DNA of 64,000 nucleotides from the human T2T-CHM13v2.0 reference genome, Homo sapiens (GCF_009914755.1 NC_060926.1); one strand, 5' to 3'. Shown: positions 13,269 to 26,385, counted from the first letter of the stretch. Numbers and translations are program-made. Notes: a model not told the origin generated them from the letters alone.

Positions 13269-13752
13269 GTAAGTTTCCAAATCTGCAGTTCATTAAGTCC
13301 TTCCTTTGTTATAATATTATTTTTTAAAAATCCCTGATGGTTGGTTGTGAGGGAAAAAGAAATTCCCTATGTGACACATATTGGGTACATGTGTGTAATC
13401 AACTTCAGGGTTTTAGCACCCCTTGGCAATTACATTTCTTGCTATATCAGCTGTTTTAACACATTTTCTTCTCAGTTATTTGGATTTTAATTGTACTTAT
13501 GCCTAGACACTGGCATATGGTATTAGGCTCCAAATTCTGAATAAAATTTATTTATATCATTTATTGTGAGATGCTGTTTTTCTTCTCATTTCCCACTATT
13601 TTTCCAATAATTTTATGGAACTTTTATTACTGGAGGGATATATTAAGATGCCTTTAGCATTGTGAACCTTGGATTCTTGCTTAGGCAAGGCCAATCTCTA
13701 ACACATACAAAACCATGTCACCTGCTAGAGTTTGATATTGTATGTTTACATA

Positions 13753-13787
13753 TGTGTGTGTATGTAAGTGTGTGTGTGTGTGTGTGT
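13753..13787. repeat. (TG)n microsatellite, interrupted
   Basis: Direct reading. Confidence 0.9.
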
Positions 13788-15206
13788 CTTTATAAAAGTC
13801 ACTAATGGCTTTTCAATGGGTGAATAACTTCAGCTATAAATATTTCATTCATAAGATTACTCATGTGATACAGAAGACATGTGGTCTTGTAGCAAACTTT
13901 TAGCCAACTGAGTCCAGATCAAAGTAAATTAAAGAAACTGCTACCTATTTAGGAGTTTTTCAGCTAGGAATTTCCACTCTGTTACCACCTAACAAACTGA
14001 GATTTCACTTATGTGAAGTGACAGGAATTTCAGGGTTTTATCCCACTTAGGAGATCTTGCCAAGATTGTCTATGTCCCCTGGGCTCGAGACCAAAATACA
14101 TAATTAATTCTTTTCCTAGGCCTGTGGGAGTACACACGACTTGTCATAAAACAAGCTACTGGCATTCTTACACTTTCAGGGTACTTGTTTCACTAGCAAG
14201 ACTGAAGAAGAAGCTATTAGTAGAACTATGTTGATCTTCTTTCAGAGGAGGGAAAATTGAGCCTCAGGGTGAAAAGGAGAAGGTTCAGAAAGAATAGCTG
14301 ATATGTCTGCGATAATTATGTTTACATGGGTAAGAGGTGTCAAAGTGACATTACTCATGAGACTGATTTGAACAGAATGTTGCAAATCACTTTCAAGATT
14401 TTTTTTGGACTTCCTCATATTTTTGGAGGTTGGAGTCAGGATTACTGGCTTTGGTAATTAATCCTTCCCAGCCTGCATTCTTTGCTACTGAGCATAGGAG
14501 TGATTCAGGGGCCCAACCTGCTAAATCAAGATAATGTTTGACCTCTGGAAGCAGAAGCCTCTTCCTCACTTAACCGGAGAAACTAAATCTAGGAGTACAA
14601 TTGGCAAAATCAGCAGAGTTCATATTTGAAGAACTAGAGAGGGAATTTAGAATATCTATTTTGGGCATTTGAGGGTATTTTGAGAGTATAATATAAAAAG
14701 TTATAAACTTGGAGGAGAAAGTTGGGCTGTTGTGTGTGAGTACTGACACAAAGTCCTTAAAGAACTGTCATATTTTCTAGGAATCATTTATTTCAACATA
14801 AGCTTATTAAAGTCGATCTTTCATGGCTGCTGTGTTTGAATGTTTATTTGCCAAGTAAGGCATTATGTTAATATCACAGCTATGTATAAAGAAATTCCAT
14901 TGGTTTGGTTTGGCCAGAGCCAAAATATTTGTGAGATTAATTTGCCCAAGAGACTATCATTATCATTGTGTTACTTTGCAATTAGTTATAAGGCCTTTAG
15001 ACAACCCTTCTGCCTCTAGCAGGATGATGTAGATAAAAATGATGACTTTGGTTTTTGTCAACAAGTGGGAATAGGATAACTTTTCTTTTATGAAACCAAT
15101 TAAGTTTTATAAAATGTAGAAGGCCAGAGTGGGCCCTTTTTCAAGAGTTAGGATCAAAGGGACAGTGTTCTTTAACACCATGGGCACTGACACTTTGCAC
15201 AGAATA

Positions 15207-15550
15207 AAGTCATCCCTTGGTATCCATGGGGATTTAGTTCCAGGATTCTTGTGGATACCAAAATCTGTGGATGCTCAAGTCCCTGACATGAAATGGCATC
15301 ATATTTGCTATAACCTATGCACATCCTCCTATATTCTTTCAGTCATCTCTAAGTTACTTATAATACCTAAATACAATGACATACTATGTAAATAGTATAG
15401 TTGTTATACTGCATTTAGGGAATAATGATAAGAAAAAAATCTGTACCTCTTCAGTAAAGATGCTTGCATCCTTTCATTTTTTTCAAATATTTTTGACTTG
15501 AGGTCAGTTGAATCTATGATGTGGAACTCACTGATACAGAGGGCCAACTG
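15207..15550. mobile_element. MER2 (TcMar-Tigger MITE), full length
   Basis: AGTCATCCCTTGGTATCCATGGGGATT...GATACAGAGGGCCAACTG, 344 bp, flanked by TA at 15205-15206 and 15551-15552. Confidence 0.92.
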
Positions 15551-15879
15551 TATATACTTTAAAAAATATTCGAGTGAGTAAATGAAATTAAATGGTGATT
15601 TTCTGTTGTGTTAAAAAGTAATTTTGTTAGTCATTCAAACAGCGTAAACTTGAGATTTTTGAGACTAGAGAGAAGGAACATTTTGATCAAGTTTGTCATT
15701 GTATTTTTGTGACTCCACAAATATTAAAGCTTTCCTATTTATTTGAGTTTAAAGATCAGTCTGAGGTGGGATGAGCCCAGAGGGGAAGAAACATCTTCTG
15801 TTTTGAAAAACAAACAATGCATTAGCTATTTTCCCTGTTCACTGCCACCCCACAGCTGGCCTCACAGGGCAATCTGAGC

Positions 15880-16068
15880 TTCCTCTTATCATGGCCCTTA
15901 TCACTCTGCCCTGTAATCATTGGGTTACTTTGGCTGTACTTCTAGATTGTGCATGCCTTGAGAGCAAGGCTTAACTGTATCACCTGGCTCTGTATTCCCA
16001 GAGTCCACTTAGTGCCTGGAACATACTAGGAGCTCAAAAATAGAAGACTGTATGAAAGATTAAATAAC
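15880..16068 (+). mobile_element. L2 3' end
   Basis: CTAGATTGTGCATGCCTTGAGAGCAAGG..CTCTGTATTCCCCAG..AGTGCCTGGAACATACTAGGAGCTCAAAAATA. Confidence 0.75.
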
Positions 16069-16769
16069 AGAATTCTCGAAGTGCTTTTGAACTATGGCGT
16101 CCCTTCGGTCCTTGTGTGTGTGGTGTGTATCTCACCCAAGATGTTACCTCATCTAATTGTGTTTTTTCTTTATTATGTCTGGTTTAAATTTAATTTGACA
16201 TTGACACACACATGCACACACACAAACTTGTACCACATATACACATACCACAGCAGGTACGCACAGTATATATACTGCCTGATTTTTAGGCTTTAAAAGC
16301 AAAACTCACAATTTCCAGACTCTTCCTTATCAGCAGTCAAACCTTTCTGGTATCAGACACCTGAACTCTCTGTCAGTGAAGTTGTAACCTGCAGGCCATC
16401 TTTAGACTTTTGTTTTTTAAGATTCAGCTTGAGAACATAAACATTGTTCCTTAGTCTCAAATTCTTCACTGAATTACACCTTCTTTCTATGGCAGTTTCA
16501 TTCTTGGGCAACTCTCAGGAGCTTTGTCTTTAAAGCCTATGGGTTTTGGAGACTCAGAGAAGGTCAGTAACATTCAACGGTCAAGACCAAAACAGTTTTC
16601 CTTTAGGGAAACTTTAGTGTTTGCTCATTTTGATGTCAAAAGCCCTGGCTACAGAGGGGGAAAATGCAAGATGGTTTTTCTTCCTTCTGTGCTATAGCAC
16701 AGCATGCACTTTACAGGGAGGATTTGCAAGTTGTTTAAGGTCTAAAATATTTGCTCCCTGCCTTTCTAG

Positions 16770-16915
16770 TACACGTGTTTGAGGCTGAGAATCTTATCAG
16801 CAGATAAGGGCAGAGAGGCTGCCATCCCACATTCCACAGACTCACTTCCAGATGGTTTGGAGACTAAGGGGTGAAAAACTCAAACTCTTCAATCAAGCCA
16901 AACAACCCACACCTT
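16770..16915. promoter_or_regulatory. Candidate enhancer: inverted double GATA with E-box, TEAD, ETS and KLF-like motifs
   Basis: CACGTG 16772; CTTATC-AGCA-GATAAG 16793-16808; ACATTCCA 16829; CACTTCC 16843; CAGATG 16849; CCCACACC 16906. Motif evidence only. Confidence 0.35.
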
Positions 16916-17549
16916 TATTGCCCCGTTTGTTCAGCAGCCTGTCAGGGGGCTCCTAACATCTCAGAATCAGCCATGAGGGCAGCTGTTTAATTAACTCTTC
17001 AAGGCACATTTTGGTGGGGGCAATTCATTTTTTATGAAAAACAAATTGAGAGCTCCAAGGCTTTTTGTTCTTCCTCCCCCCCCACCCTCCCCGCTTTAGT
17101 GGTTACTGTTATCTGGAGCTTCTGGCTCAGTCCAAATAGCAACAATGATTTCTTTTTTTTAAAGCCATCTGATCTTTTGTTATTTTTTTTTCTTTTCTTT
17201 TTGTTTTCCTAAATCAGTCTGGCTATCTGACTTGAACATGGAGAGATTTCTTTTCCTTGGTGCCAGGAAATGATGGTATTTTTCTGGACTGTTTTGTGTT
17301 TTAGTTGTAAAAATACCAAAATTGCAATATTAACTGCTTATAACAGACACAAGCTTTCACATTGCTTTTTCCCAGGTTAAAATTTGGTTGTGAATCATTT
17401 TTGGTCTACTTAATTCTAATATAGATTTCTTTGAGAACTTACTGCAAGATACCTCTATGTGCAGTACTAAGGAACATACAGAAAGAGAAAAGAAGGTCCC
17501 TGGTCTTGAGAAATGTACGCTCCTACTTTCTGAGAAAATATATAACCAC

Positions 17550-18310
17550 ATTTTTATTATTTTAAATTTGTTTGAAAATATTTTTTATTTAAAGAAGAGT
17601 GCAAAGATACTACACAATGCTCCCATATACACTTCTCCTGGCTTCCTCTGATATTAACATATAATATAGTTATACAACCATGATATCAATACAAATAAAT
17701 TAGTATCAACACAGTACAACTAACTAAACTATAAGCTTACAGACTTTAACCAGTGCTATGGTCTGAATGTTCATGTCCCTTCAAAATTCATGTTTTGAAA
17801 CCCAACCCCTAAGGTGACAGTATTAAGAGGTGGGGGCTTTGGAGGTGACTAGGTCAGGATGGCTCTTCCCTCACAGATGGGATTAGTGTCATTCTGAAAG
17901 AAGCCTGAGGGAGCTGCCAACCCCTGATGTTCTTTTGCCATGTGAGGACACATAGAAGGTGCCATCTATGGGGTACAGCCCTCACAAGACACCAAATCTG
18001 CTGGCACCTTGATCTTGAACTTCCCAGCCTTCAGAACTGTAAGTGATCAATTTATGCTATTTATAAATCACCCAGTCTATGGCGTCTTGCTATAGCAGCC
18101 CAAACGGACTAAGACACCAAGTTTTTCCGCAAATATCCATTTTCTGTTCCAGGACCCAATCAGGATCCCACATTGCATTAAGGCATCATATCTCCTTCAT
18201 CCCCTCCAATCTGTAACTGTTTCTTGCTCCCTTCTTGTCATCCGTGACCTTGGCCTGTTTAAAGGGGAGCAGTCAGGTGTTTTGTAGAATGCCTCTTTGT
18301 AGTTGTCCTT
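17550..18310 (-). mobile_element. L1MC/L1MD-type 3'UTR fragment split by MLT1A
   Basis: GTGCAAAGATACTACA..TCCCATATAC..ATTAACAT; after the LTR, TTTTCTGTTCCAGGACCCAATCAGGATCCCACATTGCATT..GTTTTGTAGAATG. Confidence 0.75.
17754..18116 (+). mobile_element. MLT1A/MLT1A0 solo LTR
   Basis: TGCTATGGTCTGAATGTT..CAAAATTCAT start; ACACCAAATCTGCTGGCACCTTGATCTTGAACTTCCCAGCC; CAAACGGACTAAGACA end. Confidence 0.92.
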
Positions 18311-18409
18311 TCAGTGCCTATTGTGAATCAGCCTCTTTCAGAATGCTGTCTGAACACAAAGTGCAAAGACTTAGAATTATATGGATTTAGAGTAAAAGCT
18401 AAAGTATCA

Positions 18410-18537
18410 CCTCATTTTTAAAAGGTAGAAAATGAGATCCAGAGAATTAAAAAAAAAAAAAAAAAGACTTGCCCAGAGTGGGACAGTTGACTTGAGCTAG
18501 AATTAGAATTCAGGCCTTCTGACTTTCAAGGCAGTGT
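18410..18537 (-). mobile_element. MIR
   Basis: CCTCATTTT..GAAAATGAGATCCAGAGA..GACTTGCCCAGAG..GAATTCAGGCCTTCTGACT. Confidence 0.75.
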
Positions 18538-19399
18538 TGGAATTATGTCCCTTTCCTATTTCTGGTCCATAGTAATTTAATTCTGAGGAGAGTCTGACCT
18601 TCAGAGTGTGCTCCTATGATGCCCAGAGACAGGCCCCTTGTGCTTCCTGGAGCCCACAGCACGGAGTCCCTGTTGCAAGCACTTATGGAACTGAATTAAA
18701 TTCTACTTCAGAGAATCAAAATGCTGGGAATGGCTAAAGAGGGTTCTTTTAGATAAGAGCTAACACTGCTGAGAGAGTTAAGAACTGAAGGTCTGAGTGA
18801 GGTCAAGAAACATATGGCCATATTGCCTGGAGCAACCTAAAATGGCACTGGCAGGGCCATAGCTTTTGGGCAAGAGGCCTCGGACAGCTTCTTGAGCAGT
18901 GGGCAATGCTTCCCAGCCTGAGGCAAGTCTTTTTTCTCACCCACAGGGTGAGATCTACAGGGAAGGATCTGTATGTCCCCTGATCCTAGGGCACTTTCTG
19001 CCCATCTCAATCCTTAAGACCGGAGGACACAGAGTGTGGCACCCATGATTTCTTGCTGGTTCTGTCTACAATCAGTGTCCCTGACTTCACAGACCAGGCA
19101 GGACCTAGCAAAGCACTATCGACCTCAAACCTCAGGGTGTAGTATACAGAATTAATAATTAGGTCACACTGTGCAATCCTGAGCCATCTAAGGTCCTTGG
19201 GGAATGTGTAATTCTGAATCATAGAGTGTTCCAGAAAGCAAGCTCATGATTCATCATTCATGATTGGAAATTTACACTTGGTTCTCAATATTTTGTGTCA
19301 TCCTCTTGGATAGAGAAAGATTTTCTCTTGGCATCCTCTGTTGGCATCTTCCCAACATGTGTCAGGTACAGAGTACATTTGCCTTGTGCTTTGGAGCAA

Positions 19400-19520
19400 A
19401 TGCAGAGCACACAGGGGACTGGCCCAGGAATTAAGAGTCCTGGGTTCCAGCTCCAGCTGTCCCACTGATTATGGGACTTGAGAAAGGTAGCTTAACATCT
19501 CCATTTCATGGTATCTCACA
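19400..19520 (+). mobile_element. MIR fragment
   Basis: GAGTCCTGGGTTCCAGCTCCAGCT..GACTTGAGAAAG..CTTAACATCTC. Confidence 0.6.
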
Positions 19521-19719
19521 GCTGTGCTCTTATTAAGTTCAACTAGATTGGTGGCATTTAAACTAGATACTAAGATGGAACTTTAGGGCCTGGTTGAGAT
19601 TGGGTTATTGAAGAGGGTCAGTTGAATCTTTTGCTGCAGAACCTTTTTTAAAAATTAGAACAATGGTCCAAGTGATCTATTCCATTGTATTAAAAAGTGA
19701 TAATTCTGCCATTAGTCAA

Positions 19720-19910
19720 ATAAAACTGGTTTTGTATACCAGCTCAGGAACTTACTAGGTATATTCCTGAAGCAACTTGATTAACATTTTTGAATCTTAA
19801 TTTCCTCATCTTTAGAGCAGAAATAATAGCTATAACTTCGTGTGAGGTGATGCATGAGAATTAAATGTGCTACGAAATAAAATATGCTTTTCACAGCACA
19901 TGATACATTT
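19720..19910 (+). mobile_element. MIR
   Basis: TGAATCTTAATTTCCTCATCTTTAGAG..AATAATAG..TGAGAATTAAATG. Confidence 0.7.
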
Positions 19911-21754
19911 TATTATCTATAAAGACCCTTCCACCTGTAATGTTCTGTGGTTGTAAGGGCTGGACCTGTGGAGGAGCTACTGGAGCATTGCTACTATGGT
20001 TGCCGTCTTCAGCACTGTGAAGGTAGTTTCTACATCTGAGCTGTCAGATGCTGGCAGGGCAGAGTGTCAGCTCATCCTGAGTAGCAGAAGAAAGTCAATG
20101 AAGGCAGTTCCCCCAAGGTCATCATAGCTTGAGAGTTTGGGAGGAGGCAACAACACATTTCCTTACTTCTTTCAAAGGTCTTCCTCCCCTCCTCCTTTTC
20201 TTACCCCAACTGCACAGGGCTATTCTAGGTCTATGTATTTCAGGAGCCCTAATGAGGTGCCTCTCATCATACCTTGCCATTTTCAGGCAGCTTTGACTAG
20301 CCGCCTGGATACCGGGACAGCCTAGCAATTTAAGAGCTATAGTGGATGAGGCTGGAAATAGAGAAGCCCGAGCTGCAGCAGGGTGAAGTAAGAGTGGGGA
20401 ATTCTCTTCCCTCCTTCATAAAAGAGGAAGGCTAAAATGGCTCAAAAATCACACACATAACCATTCCCAGAAGACAAGAAACCAGATTTTCTGGCTCTTG
20501 CACCATACTGTGTCTGGAGAATACAGAAGAATAGATAATCTTTTAAGGAGCAAACAGCCATCTTCAGTGGACATGGAGTTAACAGTGGGCTTTCTTCATT
20601 TGCCAGAGCAGAGGGGCTGTGCAAGTTGCCTGGCCATGATTCATTTTGAGCTCAAGTTCTATTGACATAGGAATAAATTCTAAGAAAGTAAAGCTGTCAG
20701 CTGCACCAGCTTCTGAGGCAAAAATGCAGCCCTTTTAAGTGCCTTTAAATTCCAAATGACCAATCATGTTTTCTTTTCCTACAGCACACAACACTCTAGA
20801 ATTTCAAAGCAGGTCTTCCTGAATACAGTTTTCCAAAGCTGGGACATTTTCCTTTTTTAACTGTGATGCTACGAAGTAATTCCGTGGTGCAATTATTCCT
20901 GGAACTTTACAGTCTTCCACCCAAAAGGTGCCTATTCTCTCACACTATAATGCATAATCTTTGTAAAAACATAAATGCAGATTCATGTCTATTTCAAAGA
21001 ACCCCACATTTCCTCATATCTTGTGTCTGGGGAAAAAAGGAGAAAAATGCTGCATGTGTTAGGTTTTGCTCAAGTTTTCAAACAAAAAATGTTGTCTCAG
21101 CTTCAAACACAGGATAAAGGAAATGCTTGTCTCCAGGAGCTGACACTTCCCTGGTCATATTTCAGATACAATTAGCCTCCATTGATGGTGGTGGTTGATA
21201 TATCAAATGAGCAGCTAATCTTATCTGCGGTTCACAAATGGCTCAGATGGTAGCTTGTGACTTTGATTACTAGAAGACTGGACCCCATCAGACGGCTTTG
21301 CTCCAAACAGTGGTCCTTTCAGCTTGCTGCTCCTGAAGATCAAAGCACTCTCCACTCTCCCTATCTGCAGGGAAGCTCATTAGAGGGAGGCTGTCAGGGT
21401 TATAATCATGCCACAGTTTTACTTCTGGGTTCTAACGCTTTCCCCTTCTTATCAGCCTGTGAGGTCCAAAGTGAGAAGGATAAAGGAGGTACTGATGACA
21501 TCTGATACGTTTAATAAGCTTGCTGGTGAATGCCTGGGCCTCAGCTCTCTGCCACCACTGCCTCATTGACTACTGGAGCCTCCACCCCCTGCCACCACCT
21601 CACCTATAAGGATGGAATTTTACTCCTTGGCAGGGCTTGGGGAGGACTCCATTGTCCCCCTAACAGTCACTTTATTATGAAGAACTTCAGAAACACGAAA
21701 TCAAATAAAATAGGAGTTTGTAAGTCTGAAAATCTGTCTTTAAATTTCAAAAGC

Positions 21755-21775
21755 TGTGTGTGTGTGTGTGTGTGT
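21755..21775. repeat. (TG)n microsatellite
   Basis: Direct reading. Confidence 0.9.
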
Positions 21776-22313
21776 TTGTGAACTTGGACATTTTGCTGTG
21801 GACTTAGTTTCTTGTGTAAAATAGGAGAATTAATACTTTCCTTATTGGACTTAATATGAAGATTTCAACAGTCTCCTCTCCCAGAGAGCCTTCTATTATA
21901 ACCCGAGTTATTCCCTTCCTCTAGCTCCTGGGTTAAATCTCCTTCCTCTCTGTTCTCATAGACCCTGGGATTACCATGAATATGACACTTACCATGTCTA
22001 AACTGATATTTTTTCTTGACTTGACTTTTGCTTCCAAATAGATAACAAACTCAAGACACAGGACCTACGCCTATTCAGCTTCAAACTGCCCACTGTCTCA
22101 GCAATGTTGTTGCTTCTCATTCTTCTGCATAAGGACAGCTGCTGGCAAGAGCTCCAGAGTCCCACAGTGTGAAAGGGGAAAGACTGTATCTAGATTAGCA
22201 TTGAGTTCAGTGGTGGAGAGACCAAGTCTGCTCTGTGATACTCAGAGTCTCTCCCTGAAAATCCTGTGATCTGGGTTCTCATTTGCATTTCTTCTCACAT
22301 TTCCAAAAGCATC

Positions 22314-22352
22314 TATATATATATATATATATATATATGGAGAGAGAGAGAG
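22314..22352. repeat. Compound (TA)n(GA)n microsatellite
   Basis: Direct reading. Confidence 0.9.
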
Positions 22353-22619
22353 CATATAAAGGACAAATAAAGACAAAACCTGAGCTAGCATCTTGGCAGC
22401 ATGACAACAGTGCTTTTTAACATGAAAACAGCACATTGTAAAATGACCATGCTGTGAAATTTGAAATTGAAAGCCCCAGGTTTGAAGCCTAAAGACGTTA
22501 GACATGAATTAAAAACAAACAAAAAGACCTATTGACAATACACTTCAAACACACAGACACATACACATCCCCATATGAGATAGAGTTTACTTTGATAAAC
22601 TGTTTAGAAATAAGAACAC

Positions 22620-23080
22620 ACTGAATGGCTCTGATGAGTTGTCTGACTTTGGACAAGTCACTTCTCCAATCTGGGCCTCAATTTCCTCATCTATAAACAT
22701 GAAGATTGAATTATGTCAGTGATTATCAAAGTGGGAACTTGTTAGAAATGTAAATTATTGGGCCTCAGCACAGAACCACTGTATTAGGTCATCCACAGGG
22801 GTTCCCATGAAGTTCTGAAAGGCTCAATGTCCAGTACCAGCAGCTGTGAAAAATGAGAAGCAACAACATTGCTGAGACAGTGGACAGTTTGAAGCTGAAT
22901 GGGCTTAGGTTTAATTTTCACTTCCTTACATCCCTGGTGGTATAAATTGCTTAATGGATTTAATCTCGATGATACTCACTTTGCTATTCTGTAAAGTGGG
23001 AAACAGATCTACTTCATAGGGTTATTGTAAGAACTAAAAGAAAAAATTGTTAAAGCATTTTGCAAGGTGTCCAGCTAGCA
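22620..23080 (+). mobile_element. Cluster of two MIR fragments with a probable MER5A fragment between them
   Basis: TGACTTTGGACAAGTCACTT..CCTCAATTTCCTCATCTATAAA; CAGTGATTATCAAAGTG..ACTTGTTAGAAATGTAAATT; TCTGTAAAGTGGG..TACTTCATAGGGTTATTGTAAG. Confidence 0.65.
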
Positions 23081-25094
23081 TGAGGTCTCGTCCCTTTTAT
23101 CCTCTCTTCATCCCTCCATGCGCCGCCCCCCACCACTATCACCTAATAACCAGTACAGGTAGAATGTGAATAAAAAGTGTAACCCAGTTGGAAAAATAAG
23201 CAAAATATACTGTCTTTTGCCATCCGCCCATGTTCTGTTGATTTACTTATTGCTTTTTCCTCACCATTAATTTAACTATGCATTTCTTTACTGAAATCCA
23301 TTTCAAACTTTTAAAAAAGAAATTATTTGTAGCTAACATAGTGGCTTTTCCATTAAATATAATTTGGAAGACATTAGTACTAATTGTAAATTATAATGGC
23401 ATTTATGTCTGACACATCCCGTGATGAAAGAACACCAGGCACTTCCCACAAATCAGTAACAAGCTGATCAGAATATGAATCTCCTTCCCTTACCCTTTAG
23501 AAGAAAAAATAATTAATCACTGACTGCTAATATCTTACCCCTTTGCTAAGACAGACGATTATTTAAGCTTGAGCATAATATACTTATTTATCTGACAGAA
23601 ATCATGACTCAATTTTCTTTGTTTTAAATTACAATGCAGTTAAAGCCAGAAAATTTTGAATAATTTGTTAATCAACCTTGTGACAAATAATACATTTCAT
23701 CAATTCTATCTTAAACTGTGGACATATATCTGAAACATTTATTAATTGTCCAGTCTTAGTAAGTTACCTGTAAGAAACATCTTTAATGAAGTCTGTGTTA
23801 GACCCATTCTTGGAGTACAGTCATTTTAATCCTCAAACTCATGGCATTTGATTTTAGCTTCAGAGGTTCTAAGAAAGCAGACAAATGTTTGTTGAACCAG
23901 CCCAGAACTAGTTACCATGATCCCAAGTAAATTTCAGGTATTAATTAACTTTGTTGTGATCACTTTTTGCTCTCATAATGGAATAAGAGGAGCAGGATTC
24001 CCTTGCTGAATAAGAACATGTGCCTGAATTCTGGTTAGTTTGGCTTTTATAGATATACTCCAACAACAAGTGTCATCTCCATTGATTGCTATTTCATCAT
24101 GATCATGCTCAGGTCTAGCTAACAGAGTGGGACAAGCTTTTCTCTTTTGTGGGGAGCAGCAGACCATTCCCAGCCCAAGGCACATGTGCGCGACCATAAG
24201 TGACATCACAGAGGAAAGTCTATTTCTATATGGAAGGACTTCTAACCATTGTCACACTTCTGTGCTCTCTACTCTTATTCCTTGGGAGGAGGAGGGACTT
24301 ACCTTGCTGGTGAGTTGGGAAAAGAAATTCAACTCAGTGTTCTTCGTCTGCCTGTTTGGAAGCCAGCCTGCCTGCAGAGAGAGTACAATCTGGTTCACTC
24401 TCCACTGCTCAGACAGAAATCTTACAGCAAATGTTTCTCCCTTTCAGCAATTCGAAGAGTTGCCCAGCACCGCCAATTATTGGATAGTAAATTTATCTAA
24501 AAATTAGGTGAAATAATCTCTAATCCATTTAGTTGAAAAATCGAAAGTTATGCTCTCTAAGTAAGTATCATGTGAATTAACTCGGGAAAAAAAAATGGGC
24601 ATTTAGTTGTTTATGGGGCCTCTGTCAATCCCCAGCAGAGCCTGCTTAGATTCCAGTTCTCCTGGGCCTAAGACAAACTGTTCTAGACCCATGTATTGGA
24701 CAGTTAAGCCATGTCAGGGCTCAATGAATGTGATAGATAAAAGACTGAACACAAGTGTAAAGACTTCTTGTGATTCTCCATTTCCGGATGTTTATTTCTC
24801 TAGCAAGGCAAAAATGGAATGTGATTGAAATGACTCTGGTTTTCCTTGTCCTCTGTTCTTACCCCACCCCTTCCACTCCCATCTGTATATCGACAATGAT
24901 GCGTATCTTCCCAGGCTTCCATTTTCTTTAGATCCTGGCTTCCCTCAGAGACTGGGGGAGTGTTTTAATGTAATGGGGACAAGAGAACAAGATAGCTGAG
25001 TCAGTTAACCATGTTTTTCTGAGACCAAGGAAAAGGTACTACATATGCCTCTGTGGAAACACTAACCACAATTGTCATTTGGGTGAGTGTTTTC

Positions 25095-25142
25095 TTTTTG
25101 TTGTTGTTGTTGTTTTTTGTTGTTGTTGTTTTTTGTTTTTTG
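25095..25142. repeat. (TTG)n microsatellite, interrupted
   Basis: Direct reading; source of the poly-Q/N/T pseudo-ORFs on the minus strand. Confidence 0.9.
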
Positions 25143-25403
25143 CTTTCTCGCAATATGTAGGCCTTGATGTTTCTTCCGAGAATGCTTTATCTTCTTGAGA
25201 ATGTAGCTGGACCAACAAGTGCAAGAGCAGCTTCTGAAACTTTGTTCTGAGATAGAAATGTCCCATGAAAAGCCCAACTAACTGATGCTGTAAGCATTTA
25301 GAGAGAGGAAGAAGACACCTGTGCCCCCTGCCCTCCACCCTGTAAGGAAGTTCTGGCTGCTCAATAACTTCAACTCAACTACTCTTAAGGCAGGAGGCTC
25401 CTT

Positions 25404-25595
25404 TCTGTTCTTTTGTGCTTTCTACTGCTCATAGAGGCAGCATGGATTAGTACCAAGAGCCCAGACACTGAACTTGGGGAATCCCTCTTTTATATTCTGG
25501 CTCTGTGTGTACATTGGGGTGAATTATTTATCCACCCTAACAGTCAGGTTTTTTATGTATAAAATTAGAGTAATGATCTTGAGCTTACAGGGTTG
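25404..25595 (+). repeat. Inverted duplication, left arm (192 bp, MIR-derived plus flank)
   Basis: Reverse complement of 26386-26577, ungapped, 8 mismatches counted. Confidence 0.97.
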
Positions 25596-25789
25596 AGTCT
25601 GACAGTGGTTTCTATGACTGTGTTTCCATAAATGTTCATTTAGAGAGGTGAAATTTCTGTCATTTCTTTGGGATGTGGTTTATAGAGGGCTTCACTTGCT
25701 TGTATTTTCATGGTTAACAAGAACACTGGAAGGCATGTTCATAACTACCAAATGTTTGAGCTTTAAGCTGGGAGATGGAGGAAATGGTT

Positions 25790-26110
25790 ATTCATTTAGT
25801 ACTATTCATTTATTCATCAATTCATATATTCATTAATTCACTCATCAGATATATCTGAAATGCGTATTTTGTATCACTCTATATTAGCCAAGGTGGGGGA
25901 GATGCAGAGATAAATAAGACAAAATTCTTAGTAAGCTCCCAGGCTGGTGGAGGAAACTGACCAAGTTACATAAACTCATAGTAAAGTATAACACATTCTG
26001 TGCTGTCAGGAACATGGAAAATGGTCACTTAACATCTTGTCCTAGCGAATCAGTGAAGGCTTCTCAGAGGAATTGGTGTAGGAAGTAAGACTTGAAGAAC
26101 TAACCTGAGC
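25790..26110 (-). mobile_element. L2 3' end in the inverted-repeat spacer
   Basis: ATTCATTTATTCATCAATTCAT tail, GATGCAGAGATAAATAAGACA, CAGTGAAGGCTTCTCAGAGGA..GACTTGAAGAA. Confidence 0.75.
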
Positions 26111-26385
26111 CAGTCAGATCCTGCTGTGGCCACTTAGGATGAAGCCTATTCCAAGCTGATAAGGAGGAGAGAGCAGTTGACCTGGAGTGCAGGTTTGGAG
26201 GGTGAGAGAAAAGTCAATGGAGTTCTGTCTGTTGGGTACTCGTAGGGCCTCATCTGGCATTATTTTTAGATTACTTCTTTAGGAGTCATCATGTGTCTTG
26301 ACACAGCTGCCTCTTTGTTGCATTGCAGGTTTATATCAAATACTGTGTTTGGCAATTTTATGTAAGTTATTTTGATTTCTTATAA

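Noticed and set aside
24127-24507. 126-aa ORF and exon-like 24448-24507 segment
   Set aside because: No recognisable homology, weak donor (GTGAAA) and an in-frame stop at the segment end
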